From contig CAWFLT010000003.1 of NCBI GenBank assembly GCA_963816795.1, positions 210,202-274,201 of the forward strand: DNA of 64,000 nucleotides, read 5' to 3'. Positions within the stretch are counted from its first letter, which is position 1. Each line of letters begins with the position of its first letter. Under the pieces are notes generated by a model. That model was not told where the DNA came from, ran no database searches, and was given only the letters and a program-made list of their open reading frames with translations. Source of the DNA: an uncultured Acidobacteriota bacterium (GTDB lineage Bacteria > Acidobacteriota > Vicinamibacteria > Vicinamibacterales > SCN-69-37). The position numbers and the translations under genes were made by a program. Of this stretch, positions 1 through 9,580 are shown piece after piece.

Positions 1-2
1 CG

Positions 3-146
3 CTGGGCTGGGAGCTCCTGGCATTCGTCGGCGTCGAAATGCACCGGTCTCAGGTGGTGAGGACAGAGGCGGAGATCGGCGATCTCTCGGACCGATGGAA
101 GGCCGAAGCGGTCGCGAAAGGCTGGACCGCCACCTCAGCCGAGTAG
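3..146 (+). CDS. C-terminal end of an unidentified CDS entering from upstream (partial)
   Basis: Open frame from the window edge to TAG 144-146 (...GWELLAFVGVEMHRSQVVRTEAEIGDLSDRWKAEAVAKGWTATSAE*). No recognisable motif. Confidence 0.3.
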   Translation: MGWELLAFVGVEMHRSQVVRTEAEIGDLSDRWKAEAVAKGWTATSAE

Positions 147-165
147 TTGCGCCACCGTCCGCATC

Positions 166-591
166 ATGAAGCATCAGGTGTCGCCCGAGGACGAAGCGTT
201 CCGGATCGCGTTCGAGGCGGGCCGCGTGGCGCCGGCACAGTTCGATCACCGCGCGCATGTGCGCCTCGCCTATGTGTACCTCGTCGAGCACGACACGGAC
301 GCCGCGACCACGCGGATGCGTCACGCGTTGCAAGGGTTTCTGCAGCGTCATGGCATCGCCGCCACGAAGTACCACGAGACGCTGACACGCGCCTGGACGC
401 TCGCGGTCCGGCACTTCATGGAGCGATCGCCAGGGACGGCCTCCGCTGAGACGTTCATTGCCCGGAATCCCGACCTGCTCGACAGCAAGATCATGCTCAC
501 GCATTACTCGGCGTCGCTGCTGTTCTCGGCGGAGGCGCGCGATGCCTTCGTGGAACCCGACACGAGCCCGATCCCTCGCTATCCAGAGTAG
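166..591 (+). CDS. conserved hypothetical protein (141 aa)
   Basis: Clean ORF with protein-like composition (MKHQVSPEDEAFRIAFEAGRV...), followed by a hairpin plus T-tract. No family recognised. Confidence 0.6.
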   Translation: MKHQVSPEDEAFRIAFEAGRVAPAQFDHRAHVRLAYVYLVEHDTDAATTRMRHALQGFLQRHGIAATKYHETLTRAWTLAVRHFMERSPGTASAETFIARNPDLLDSKIMLTHYSASLLFSAEARDAFVEPDTSPIPRYPE

Positions 592-595
592 AGCG

Positions 596-621
596 GCGTT
601 GGGCCTGACCCCAACGCTTTT
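596..621 (+). terminator. rho-independent terminator candidate
   Basis: 8-bp stem GCGTTGGG/CCCAACGC (596-603/610-617) with a 6-nt loop, then TTTT (618-621). It lies a few nt after the stop at 589-591. Confidence 0.65.
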
Positions 622-1985
622 CAGAACTGATAGGCGATCGAATAGATAAACCCGGTCGTCTTGACGTCGAATGCGGTCCGTACCGGCTCGCCGTTCAGCA
701 GGTTCCTGACGAAGACGTCATCGGACGTGCCGGTGTGCCGATTGACGCCGACCGCAAACTGGAGCTTTGCCCAACTGCCGCTGGCGCCGAGGGTCCACGA
801 GACGAGGTCCACCTTGTTGAACACCTGATCGTCAGCCCCGACTGGCGATTGGCTGGTAGCGAAGCTGCCGTGGATACGAAGGTCGCGATTGCGCAGGACC
901 CGGAAATGGCCACCGACGGCCGCGTTGACGACACCATCGGAGACTGACGTCAGTCCAGCGAAGGGACGGGAGGTCACGCTCGGCGGGGTGCCGTCGCCGG
1001 CGCTGGAATAGATCAGCGTCGGCTGCGGCGTCGACAACATCTGATACGACCCGATCGCGGTGTAGCCCTGAATATCGAGCTCGAGCTCGAACCGAGGAGT
1101 CACGTAGCCGGCGCCGCCCTGGAACTCCCAGGGCTGGTGATACTCCATCCGGGCGTCCGGATCGAAGATCGACGCTCCGACTGACGCCGCCCCGCGATCG
1201 AGCACTCCGTCGAGCGTCACGGTTCCGCTGCGCGTGATCGAGAGCCCGGGACTCCTCATGGCCAGACCGAAACGGAGATGTGCGGTGTCGTACTGCACGC
1301 CGGCCTGCGTCCGAAGCTGCATCGCCGACCCTGCGGCGCGCGCGGTGACCATCAGCGTGCTGAGCGTCGTGTTGTCGGCGAGCCGGTCGCTGATGCTCTG
1401 GACCAGGCGCAGATCCATCATCGAAAGCGACAGCCCGCCGCCGGCGCTCCAGCCACCCGCGCCGCGGTAGCCGAGGCCGGCCGCCGCTATGCGCCGGGTA
1501 AACCCCGAGTCAGCGGACAATGCGAGTCGCTCATTGCCCGCCTGCCGCGTCAGAATCAGCTCAGAATCGGTCTCCTGCATCCACGCCGTGGTCGTCAGGA
1601 CCGCGGCGCCGGCCGTCAGTCCGCCGTGCACGTTGAACGTCAGGCCGACAAAATTCGGCAACTGCTGGATCGAGCCGCCGCTGTTCGGCAACGCCCGAGG
1701 CGCCACGGAGATGCGCTGGTACACGCCGGCGCTGCCACTGATCTGCGCGGTGCGCTGTCGCGACAGGCCGGCGGGATTGAACCATGCGGCCGACGGATCG
1801 CCGACGCGCGCCACATAGGCGCTGCCCTCGAGCCCGCCAAACGGCCCCACCGGCACGCTGTCGTAGTTTGCCAGGAGCAGATTGGGCGGCGCGGTGGCGA
1901 CACGATCGACGTCTTGCGCGAGCGCGGCCACGGGCCATGGGAGGACCAGTGCCGCGAGGCACGACGCGAACAGCGTTCGTTTCAT
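621..1985 (-). CDS. outer-membrane beta-barrel transport protein, OmpP1/FadL/TodX-like
   Basis: Signal peptide MKRTLFASCLAALVLPWPVAALAQ. NPA motif in context (AAWFNPAGLSRQ) as in the FadL family. Alternating beta-strand pattern and a C-terminal aromatic residue (...YSIAYQF*). Confidence 0.7.
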   Translation of the reverse strand: MKRTLFASCLAALVLPWPVAALAQDVDRVATAPPNLLLANYDSVPVGPFGGLEGSAYVARVGDPSAAWFNPAGLSRQRTAQISGSAGVYQRISVAPRALPNSGGSIQQLPNFVGLTFNVHGGLTAGAAVLTTTAWMQETDSELILTRQAGNERLALSADSGFTRRIAAAGLGYRGAGGWSAGGGLSLSMMDLRLVQSISDRLADNTTLSTLMVTARAAGSAMQLRTQAGVQYDTAHLRFGLAMRSPGLSITRSGTVTLDGVLDRGAASVGASIFDPDARMEYHQPWEFQGGAGYVTPRFELELDIQGYTAIGSYQMLSTPQPTLIYSSAGDGTPPSVTSRPFAGLTSVSDGVVNAAVGGHFRVLRNRDLRIHGSFATSQSPVGADDQVFNKVDLVSWTLGASGSWAKLQFAVGVNRHTGTSDDVFVRNLLNGEPVRTAFDVKTTGFIYSIAYQF

Positions 1986-2082
1986 GGTGAGTCCCTCAAC
2001 TCAATCAGCCGCGACCGGACCGTGGCGTCGAGGCGCATGCTAACATCCGGCGCCTGAACGGGACGGCTGCAACGGGAGGCCT

Positions 2083-3955
2083 ATGCGACGGCGACTGAGC
2101 GTGCTGGTTCCGGCACTTCTCGGCGTGGCGGTCACCGCCTGGACCGCCGCGGCGATGCAGCGGCGCGCGGTCGACGATGCCGCGCTGAGGAACGCGCCGA
2201 AGAACGCCAATGAATGGCTGACGGTCGGGCGTGACTATGCGGAACAACGCTATAGCCCGCTGACCCAGATTACGGCCGCGAACGTCAACCGGCTGGGCCT
2301 GGCCTGGTCCTACGAAGTCGGCGACGGAGGCGGTCCGCAGCAAGCGACGCCGCTCATGGCCAACGGCGTCCTCTACGGCATCACGAACTGGAGCATCGTC
2401 TTCGCGGTCGACGCCCGGACCGGCAAGGAGCTCTGGCGTTACGACCCGAAGGTGGATCGCTCGATCGCCGGGTTCGGAACGAGCCGGCTCTGCTGCGGCG
2501 TCAACAGCCGCGGTGTCGCGTTGTACGAAGGCAAGGTGATCGTGCCGGTGCTCGATGGCCGGCTCCAGGCGCTCGACACGGCCACGGGGAAGCTGCTCTG
2601 GTCGGTCATGGCGGTCCCGGCCGATTCCGTGTCGTACTCGATCACCATGGCGCCGCGAGTCGCGCGAGGCAAGATCTTCATCGGCAACGCCGGCGGTGAG
2701 TTTCCCCCGTACCGCGGCTATCTGTCGGCGTTCGACGTCAACACCGGCCGCGAGATCTGGCGCTTCTACACGACGCCCGGAGATCCATCCCAACCGTTCG
2801 AGAACGACGCGATGGCCAGGGCTGCGAAGACGTGGACAGGCGAATGGTGGAAGCTCGGCGGTGGCGGATCGATCTGGGATGGGATGGCGTACGACCCCGA
2901 CGCCAACCTGGTCTACGTCGGCACCGGGAACGGCACGCCGTGGTCGCAGGACGTCCGGCAGGGGAAGGCCACCGAGCATCTCGACAATCTGTATATCGCA
3001 TCGATCCTTGCGATCGATGCCGACACTGGCCGGTTGAAGTGGCACTTCCAGTGTACGCCGGCGGATCAATGGGACTTCGACGCCGTGCAGCACCTGATGC
3101 TCGCCGACCTGCGGATTGGCGGGCGGGCGCGCAAGGTGATCTTGCAGGCCAACAAGAACGGCTACTTCTATGTGATCGATCGGATCTCCGGCGAGTTCCT
3201 CTCCGGCGCGCCGGTCGCACCGGTGAGCTGGGCGCGCGGCCTCGATCCGAAGAGGCCGGCCGATCGTCAACGCCGAGGCGCACTACACCGCCGAGCAAGG
3301 GGTGACCATCTCGCCGCTCCAGGCGCACAACACCGCGCAGATGGCCTTCAATCCGGCGACGGGATTGGTCTACGTGCCGCTCGCCTCGGCGTCGAGCTTC
3401 TCGTTTACCGGCACCAACCATTTCGAAATCACCCCGGGGGCGCAAGCGTGGGGGCTGCGCGGCCGCGGCGACACCGGGCCGAGGCCGCCGCTCGCCGTGC
3501 CGCCGGCCTACGGTCCCGATCGCGGGCTGGCGCGCGGAAACACCGGCATCCTCTCGGCCTGGGATCCGGTGACGCAACAGGAGCGCTGGTACACCGCCGG
3601 TGGAGGACAGAGCGGCGGCGGCGCGCTGTCGACCGCGTCCAATCTCGTCTTCCAAGTCACGCCGCAGGGCCGGCTGTTGGCCTATACAGCGGACAAGGGA
3701 GAGAAGCTGCTCGACATCAGCAGCGGCCAGACCACGGGCATGGGGCCGCCGATGACGTATCTGCTCGACGGCAAGCAGTACATCGCCTTCATGGGCGGCC
3801 GCGGGATCCCGCCGGCGGGTAGCCGTGGCCTGCCTCCGCCCGCCGAGCCGACAACGGGCGCTGCCCCGCCCCTTCCTTCCCCGCCGCCGGCGAGCGCGCA
3901 GGTCTTGCCGCGGATGTACGTGTACACGCTCGACTCGCCGTTCGATAGCCGCTAG
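2083..3955 (+). CDS. PQQ-dependent alcohol (methanol/ethanol family) dehydrogenase; frame disrupted near 3252
   Basis: Signal peptide, vicinal Cys pair (SRLCCGVNSRG) and propeller repeats (ATPLMANGVLYG, DARTGKELWRY, DTATGKLLWS). The N-terminal 390 aa sit in ORF 2083.. and the remainder in ORF 3302..3955. The join ...GLDPK/GRPIVNAEAHYTAEQGVTISPLQ needs a 1-nt correction. Confidence 0.9.
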
Positions 3956-4045
3956 AGCCGTTTTCAGTTGGTGTAGCCGCCGGGCCCTCCGGGTGCCGTG
4001 GCGGCCACGATATTTCGTGACATCGACCAGGCGGAGCCGCTGCCG

Positions 4046-4708
4046 CTACCGATCGCCGCGAACGGGCGTGATGTGCAGCACAGACGCGACGCCGATCAGG
4101 TCCGCGATCGACTCCGCTTCGAGCTTTTCGAAGATGCTGTGGCGGTGAGCCTTGATCGTGCGCTCCTTGGTGCCGAGGTCGAACGCCACCTGCTTGTTCA
4201 GCTGACCGCTGATGAGATGGGCGAACACCTCCCGCTCGCGAGGTGTCAGCCGCTCGAATCTCGCCTGAACCTCCCGCGCATGCGCCCGGGCCGCCCGCTC
4301 GCAGGCGTCGCGGGCAATCGCGTGGCCAACGGCGGTGAGTAGTCGTTCACCAGGCACGGGCTTCGTCAGGAAGTCGACGGCGCCCGCCTTGATCGCCCGG
4401 ACGCTCATCGGGATGTCGCCATGGCCAGTCACAAAGACCACGGGCAGCACATCCACTGCCCTCGCCAACGTCTCATGGATCTCGAGGCCGTTGGCGTCGG
4501 GGAGTTGCACGTCGAGGAGGACGCACCCCGGCTGGCCGATCGGCATCCCGGCGAGAAACTCCGCCGCCGACGCGTAGCTCCTGACCGCGTATCCCGCCGC
4601 GCTCAACAGCCTGGTCGTCGCGCGCCTGGTGTCGTCATCGTCCTCGACGATGTGCACCAGGGGCTCGGCCGGCAGTGGCGGAATGGGGACGGGCCTGGTC
4701 CTGATCAC
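4046..4708 (-). CDS. FixJ/NarL (LuxR-type HTH) response regulator
   Basis: Receiver domain (VHIVEDDDD..., LLDVQLPDANG, FLTKP) plus a LuxR HTH (LTPREREVFAHLISGQLNKQVAFDLGTKERTIKAHRHSIFEKL). The GTG start overlaps the upstream stop (GTGA, 4705-4708). Confidence 0.9.
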   Translation of the reverse strand: MIRTRPVPIPPLPAEPLVHIVEDDDDTRRATTRLLSAAGYAVRSYASAAEFLAGMPIGQPGCVLLDVQLPDANGLEIHETLARAVDVLPVVFVTGHGDIPMSVRAIKAGAVDFLTKPVPGERLLTAVGHAIARDACERAARAHAREVQARFERLTPREREVFAHLISGQLNKQVAFDLGTKERTIKAHRHSIFEKLEAESIADLIGVASVLHITPVRGDR

Positions 4709-6327
4709 GACGGCGGCCGCGGCGGGTCTGCCGCCTCCTGACCCTTTTTGGGGACGGTGAGAGACATCGTGTGAGGGCGGAATGCGATCTGCGTGCCAGC
4801 GGCCTCGACCGCCGTCGTCACCTCGAAGAGCAGTTGTTGCTGGATCTCGAGAAATTGGTCCAGATCGCTCGCGAAGACGTACGCGACGACCTCGACCTCG
4901 AACGAGAACTCCGCCAGGCGGACAAACCGCACGCGCACCGATTTGCGGTCAACTGAGGGATGAGCCTCGAGCATGCCTCGGATGCCCTCGACCACGGCGC
5001 GCAGTTGTGCGGTCGTCGTCTCCGGGCGAATGCCGACGACGGGGTGGAACCAGAACTTGTCGCGCACGGAGAGCGTCTCGAGGCTGACACTCGCGACCTG
5101 GCTGTTCGGGACGCTCACGAGGGTGCGATCGGGCGTCCGAATGCGGGTCGAGCGCAGGCCGATGTGCTCGACGGTGCCGACCACATTTCCCATCTTCAGG
5201 ACATCGCCGGTCCGGACGGCCTGGTCGAAGATGAGCGAGGCGCCGGCAATCATGTTCTCGAGCGTCTTTTGCGCCGCGAGCGCCACAGCAATCCCCCCGA
5301 CGCCCAGTCCGGCCAGTGCCGGCGTGAGATTCAATCCGAAGTGGCGAAGCGTGATCAACACGCCGACGAGGACCACCAGGAAATCGAGCATTCTGCGAAG
5401 CACTCGCACCAGGGTCGCGGCGGCCGGCTGGTTCGAGCGAGGGAAACGACGCCGGATGTAGAGCTCGATCTCTCCGTTGATGAGAACCAGGAGCCAGACG
5501 ACCCCGATGACCGTCAGGAGGCTCGCCAGTTGAGACCAGATCTGCCGGATCAGGAACGAGAGCGGCAGGCTGGCCAGAAACCAGCGGATCGCGAACGCCA
5601 GGAAGAGTATCCGGATGGGAACGGGCAGCAGGTCGCGGGCGAACAGGTCGGAGTACCTCGCGAACCCGCGCCAGAGCGGACGAAGGAGCGGCGTCAGGAT
5701 CTTGTTCAGCAGCAGCGTGAGCAGGTAGAAGAGCGGAAGCCCGAGCAGAGCCGCCAGCAACTCGAACACCCGAATTCCGCCCACGCGCGTGCTGGTCAGG
5801 AATCGGGGAAGGTACCCGGCCCATCCAATCGTCACTTCCTCGTACAAGGCGGGGACCGAGCCCAGCGTCGCCTGAGAAAACAGCCAGACTGGCCCGCTCC
5901 TCCCGCTCGAGATACGCGCGACGATCACGTCGACATCACCGCGAGGACTGGCGATGGTTCCCACGATCTCGTGATCGAGCTTCAGCGGGTTCGAGCGCGA
6001 GCCTTCGGGCGCGTCGCTGATCTGCGAGATCCGGGCTGGGAGGCGCGCATCGAGCACGACGAACAACTGGTGAACCAGCTCGTCGGTGTCCCGGCCGCTC
6101 ACCCTGGCATCGAGGTACTGACGCGCGATTTCTGCCTCACCTCTGCGCGCGGCAGTCAGGAATCCTGTGACCGTTCCTCGCGGCGTGTCTCGACCGAGCG
6201 CGTCCTTGGGAACCTGAACTTGTGGTTCAGCTTGGGAAGAAGTCGCCTGCGCCAGCGCGTCAACTGGCCAGACGAGTGCCAGCACGCAGAGGCCGACGGC
6301 CCGCCACGCGCACCACCCCATCGTCAT
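4705..6327 (-). CDS. MscS-family mechanosensitive ion channel
   Basis: MscS core GVGGIAVALAAQKTLENMIAGASLIFDQAVRTGDVLKMGNVVGTVEHIGLRSTRIRTPDRTLVSVPNSQV. N-terminal signal-like MTMGWCAWRAVGLCVLALVWPVDALAQ. The ORF is open up to 6435, but that start would overlap the upstream gene, so I prefer the 6327 start. Confidence 0.85.
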   Translation of the reverse strand: MTMGWCAWRAVGLCVLALVWPVDALAQATSSQAEPQVQVPKDALGRDTPRGTVTGFLTAARRGEAEIARQYLDARVSGRDTDELVHQLFVVLDARLPARISQISDAPEGSRSNPLKLDHEIVGTIASPRGDVDVIVARISSGRSGPVWLFSQATLGSVPALYEEVTIGWAGYLPRFLTSTRVGGIRVFELLAALLGLPLFYLLTLLLNKILTPLLRPLWRGFARYSDLFARDLLPVPIRILFLAFAIRWFLASLPLSFLIRQIWSQLASLLTVIGVVWLLVLINGEIELYIRRRFPRSNQPAAATLVRVLRRMLDFLVVLVGVLITLRHFGLNLTPALAGLGVGGIAVALAAQKTLENMIAGASLIFDQAVRTGDVLKMGNVVGTVEHIGLRSTRIRTPDRTLVSVPNSQVASVSLETLSVRDKFWFHPVVGIRPETTTAQLRAVVEGIRGMLEAHPSVDRKSVRVRFVRLAEFSFEVEVVAYVFASDLDQFLEIQQQLLFEVTTAVEAAGTQIAFRPHTMSLTVPKKGQEAADPPRPPS

Positions 6328-6379
6328 GCTCCAAGGCGCAGCGAAATGCGTGCCGTACCCGCTGAACCGTCGGCAGGCC

Positions 6380-7267
6380 TCAGATGCTGAGGCGTCCCTG
6401 CATGTCTGCGGTGATGTTCGCGGTGTAATTGGCAAATTCCGTGATTGCGTAGTTGCCTGACGGCTGTCGACTTTGCGCTGCGAACATCGCCCGATTGAAC
6501 TGCGTCACGATGGTATCGGCCGTAGTTAACCGGGCGTCGGCGAGAATGTCGAACCGCCTGTCGCCCGCCTGCAGATTGTCGACGGCCTCATCGAACCCGA
6601 CGTTTGCGTTGCTGCGTATCACTGAAGGATTCCCCTTCGACCACGCGATGTCGATGTCGTGGTTGCAGTGCCACTTGAATCCCTTGATCGGCTGGTGCCG
6701 ACCATCCGATCGCTCCACGACGAAGTAGGCGAGGAAGTCGCACTGGGATCGATAGGCCAGCAGGAAGTTCAATCGATCACGCCCGGCGTTACGCCGCTGC
6801 AACCGCAGCCGCCCGGCGGGCTGATCGGGCATCTCGACCGTAAAAGGCGTACCGTTGGGCGCGATCTTGCGAGGCAGGTAGAAGGGTGCCCACGGGGACT
6901 GCAGGCTGTCATTGGGGGAACAGTCCAGGAGCACTTGAAAGTTGAGTCCTGTCGTCGTCTCTTCGATGCAGCCGTCGCTATCCTTGAGGCCGGCGTAGAA
7001 GGCCGAGTGGAATTTGAAGGACGCGACTTGCTTCATGCCGATCACGACGTTGTTGCCGCGGATCACGCCCGTCGCCCTGGCACCCATGGCCGTCTGGCCG
7101 ACCGTGCGGGCGTTCAGATTCGTCCCGCTCGAGTATCGGAGGGATCCCTTGATGTCGGGAAACAGTTCATCCGGAATCAACAGGGAGGCACTGCCGTTGC
7201 CCCCTGGAAAAATCGGCGCCACAGTGAGCGACTCGAGTCGACTGCCGCCGCCGAGGTCGGTCGCCAT
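6380..7267 (-). CDS. hypothetical protein (295 aa), no family recognised
   Basis: Uninterrupted ORF with visibly lower G+C than its neighbours. No signal peptide and no motif I recognise. Its start lies 2 nt after the stop of the PG-binding gene. Confidence 0.6.
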   Translation of the reverse strand: MATDLGGGSRLESLTVAPIFPGGNGSASLLIPDELFPDIKGSLRYSSGTNLNARTVGQTAMGARATGVIRGNNVVIGMKQVASFKFHSAFYAGLKDSDGCIEETTTGLNFQVLLDCSPNDSLQSPWAPFYLPRKIAPNGTPFTVEMPDQPAGRLRLQRRNAGRDRLNFLLAYRSQCDFLAYFVVERSDGRHQPIKGFKWHCNHDIDIAWSKGNPSVIRSNANVGFDEAVDNLQAGDRRFDILADARLTTADTIVTQFNRAMFAAQSRQPSGNYAITEFANYTANITADMQGRLSI

Positions 7268-7269
7268 GA

Positions 7270-7740
7270 CTAGAGATAGACGGAGCGCTTCTGACTCGCC
7301 GGCGCCGCCAGGTCGAACTGGTTGAGCAGCGCCTCGCGGCCAGGATCCGGCGATTCGAGCCCCGGGTTCTGTTCGATGATCTGTTCGAGCATCTCGAGCG
7401 TGCCAGGGCCGACGAAGCCGTCGACCTTGAGGCCGTTCGCCTGCTGGAATTCTTTGACGACCTTTTCCGTCTCGCCGCCGAACACTCCGTCCGCACCCTT
7501 GCTGGACAGGGACTTGGGAAGCTTGAATCCAATGGACGCGAGAAGATCCTGCACCTGGGCCACGCCAGATCCCTTCGACCCGAGCGAAAGCGGCACTGGG
7601 CCGGTGACTTTCTGGAGTTGAGGATCATTGCCGAGTCGTCGAGTGCGCACCGGACCTCCCTCGCTACAGCTCATCGCGCTGGCTACTATCGTCAACGAGG
7701 GACAGCGACGCGCAGGCGCGCGGACCGCCGTCTGATTCAC
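7270..7740 (-). CDS. peptidoglycan-binding (PG_binding_1-like) domain protein
   Basis: GSGVAQVQDLLASIGFKLPKSLSSKGADGVFGGETEKVVKEFQQANGLKVDGFVGPGTLEMLEQI matches the PG_binding_1 repeat pattern. A GTG at 7740 overlaps the cytochrome stop (GTGA), and an internal ATG start is also possible. Confidence 0.7.
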   Translation of the reverse strand: MNQTAVRAPARRCPSLTIVASAMSCSEGGPVRTRRLGNDPQLQKVTGPVPLSLGSKGSGVAQVQDLLASIGFKLPKSLSSKGADGVFGGETEKVVKEFQQANGLKVDGFVGPGTLEMLEQIIEQNPGLESPDPGREALLNQFDLAAPASQKRSVYL

Positions 7741-9172
7741 CGCCGCGCTGGGGGCGGGCTGACCTCTGGGGCAGGAACGGGCGGACTGGCGAGCAAACGA
7801 CCGGCGGGTGTGGGCGGCGCCTCGATCTCCTTGTGGCAGTACTCGCAGTCCGCGTTAATCGTGGTGCCGTCTTTTGCCGTGAGCGATCCGTCGTGGCAGC
7901 GGACGCACCCGAACGACGTGGTGTGCCCGAGGTTGTCGGGATAGGTACCGAACGTGACTTTCATGGTGGGAAACACGTTTCGGCGGTAGATCGTCCTGCA
8001 GCGTGCTCACCGCCCCGGTGACCTGGGCATCCACGGCGCGGCCGCGTGATGTGTAGAACTTCCGCAACTCCTCGTCGATGACGCGCGCGCCGTCTTCCGT
8101 GGTCGGGTGACTCGCCTGCAGCAGGCGGACGGCTTCACGCCGGACGAACGGCAGCCCGCGGTCGATGCGTCCCGCGGCAATCGCCGCATCCACTGCCTGC
8201 TCGGCGGCCGGCGAGATCCGATGAGCCGGGACGTTGTGGCAGTCGATACAGTCCATCGTCCGCCAGGTGCCCTTCGCGAGCTCCTCGGGCGTGGTGTCCG
8301 GGGCCGTGTACTCGCGGACCCGGCCCTGCGCATCCGTGTACTTGACGAACCGAATGGTCTGGCGTTCGGTGTCCGTGTGGAGGAATTCGATGCGCACGCG
8401 CGGATCGGCGTGCCAATGGATGGCGCGGCCGCTCGGCGTCGGCGCGCCCGGACCGCCCAGGTACATCTGCAGGATCGTCCTCGTCTCCGTGTTCGTCTCG
8501 TCGTCCGCGTAGGCCCGATAGACACGAACGACGTCGCCGGACGCCTTGCCCGACCAATGACACGCCCCGCAAATCTCCTGCGCGGGACGCATATCGGCAA
8601 CCCCTGGGATCGGCCGCGGATAGTGGCCCGTGACCACGTGATAGAGCTGCCGCAGGCCGTTCATCTTGTACTTGACGAATGCGCGGCCCCCTTCGCCGAT
8701 GTGGCATTGCACGCAGGTGACCTGCTGAGTGCGAAGCGCCCTGCCACGCTGTGAACTGCGGGTGCATCGGCGTGTGGCACGTCTGACCGCAGAACGCCGG
8801 GGATTCCATCGAGTGGAGCCCGCCATATCCCGCAACCAGCACAATCGCGACATTGACGGCCGTCAGCGCGACGACCATCAGGACCCGGCGACGGGTCACC
8901 GGTGACCTGAAATCGAAGACGGGCCACTCCCGTACGGCCTCGGGGTGCCGCAGCTGCCGGCGGCGCTCGAGCCACATGCCGAACGGCATCAGCAGCAGGC
9001 CGAGTACGAAGAGCGCCGGCACCGCGACGAAGACGACGAGCGCGGCGTACGGGTTATCGAAGAGGCCGAGCAGGAGCCCGGCGAGCAGGGCGAGAAACGC
9101 CACGGCGCTCACCGTGGTCAACACGGCGCCCGCGATTGAGATCGGATGTCGGGCCAGATTGCGGCTCGCCAC
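7737..9172 (-). CDS. membrane-anchored hexahaem c-type cytochrome, NapC/NirT(CymA)-like; 2 frame disruptions (~8730, ~7992)
   Basis: Pieces from ORFs 8135..9172, 7855..8853 and 7737..7976 join colinearly. There are two N-terminal TM helices. CXXCH-type motifs: CGQTCH, CVQCH, CGACH, CIDCH, CVRCH, CEYCH. Confidence 0.8.
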
Positions 9173-9183
9173 GCAACAACGCC

Positions 9184-9552
9184 CTATTTCTTCAGGCTCT
9201 GCATGTAGGCGACGAGCGCATCGATGTCAGCGGGCGGAAGCTTGTCGTACTTCTTCGCCATCGGCGGCTTCTTCGTGGAGCTCACTTTCTTGGCCATCAC
9301 GATCGGCTCGACGATCCACTGGCGGGTGTCGTCAGCCGAGAGCTTCGAGCCGACGCCGTCCAGCGGGCTCTGCTTCCCACCCTTGCCGGCGATGGTATGG
9401 CACTGCGTACACTTCTGGGCCTGGTAGACCTGCTGGCCTTTCTTGATCAGCGCGGCGTCCTGTGCACGCACCACGCGTGGCGTGCCGACCACAAGCGCGG
9501 CGGTGAGCGCGGCCATGAAGAGCCCACCGGTAATCACGACTTTCCGCATCAT
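9184..9552 (-). CDS. periplasmic monohaem class I cytochrome c
   Basis: Signal peptide MMRKVVITGGLFMAALTAALVVG. Single CTQCH motif with a distal Met region. AAGGAGG lies just upstream of the ATG pair. Confidence 0.85.
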   Translation of the reverse strand: MMRKVVITGGLFMAALTAALVVGTPRVVRAQDAALIKKGQQVYQAQKCTQCHTIAGKGGKQSPLDGVGSKLSADDTRQWIVEPIVMAKKVSSTKKPPMAKKYDKLPPADIDALVAYMQSLKK

Positions 9553-9580
9553 GCCTCCTTGTCTTGCGATCGGTGAAAGC

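Noticed and set aside
2005-3270. Large antisense or alternative-frame ORFs (e.g. 2005..3270-, 4960..6390+, 10351..11910+, 15564..17732+, 17907..19370+, 19307..20953+, 27327..28682-, 52735..54117+, 57418..58659-)
   Set aside because: Their translations are Arg/Ala/Gly/Pro-rich and low in complexity, with no motifs. They lie opposite or out of frame to clearly conserved genes. They are typical shadow ORFs of GC-rich DNA.
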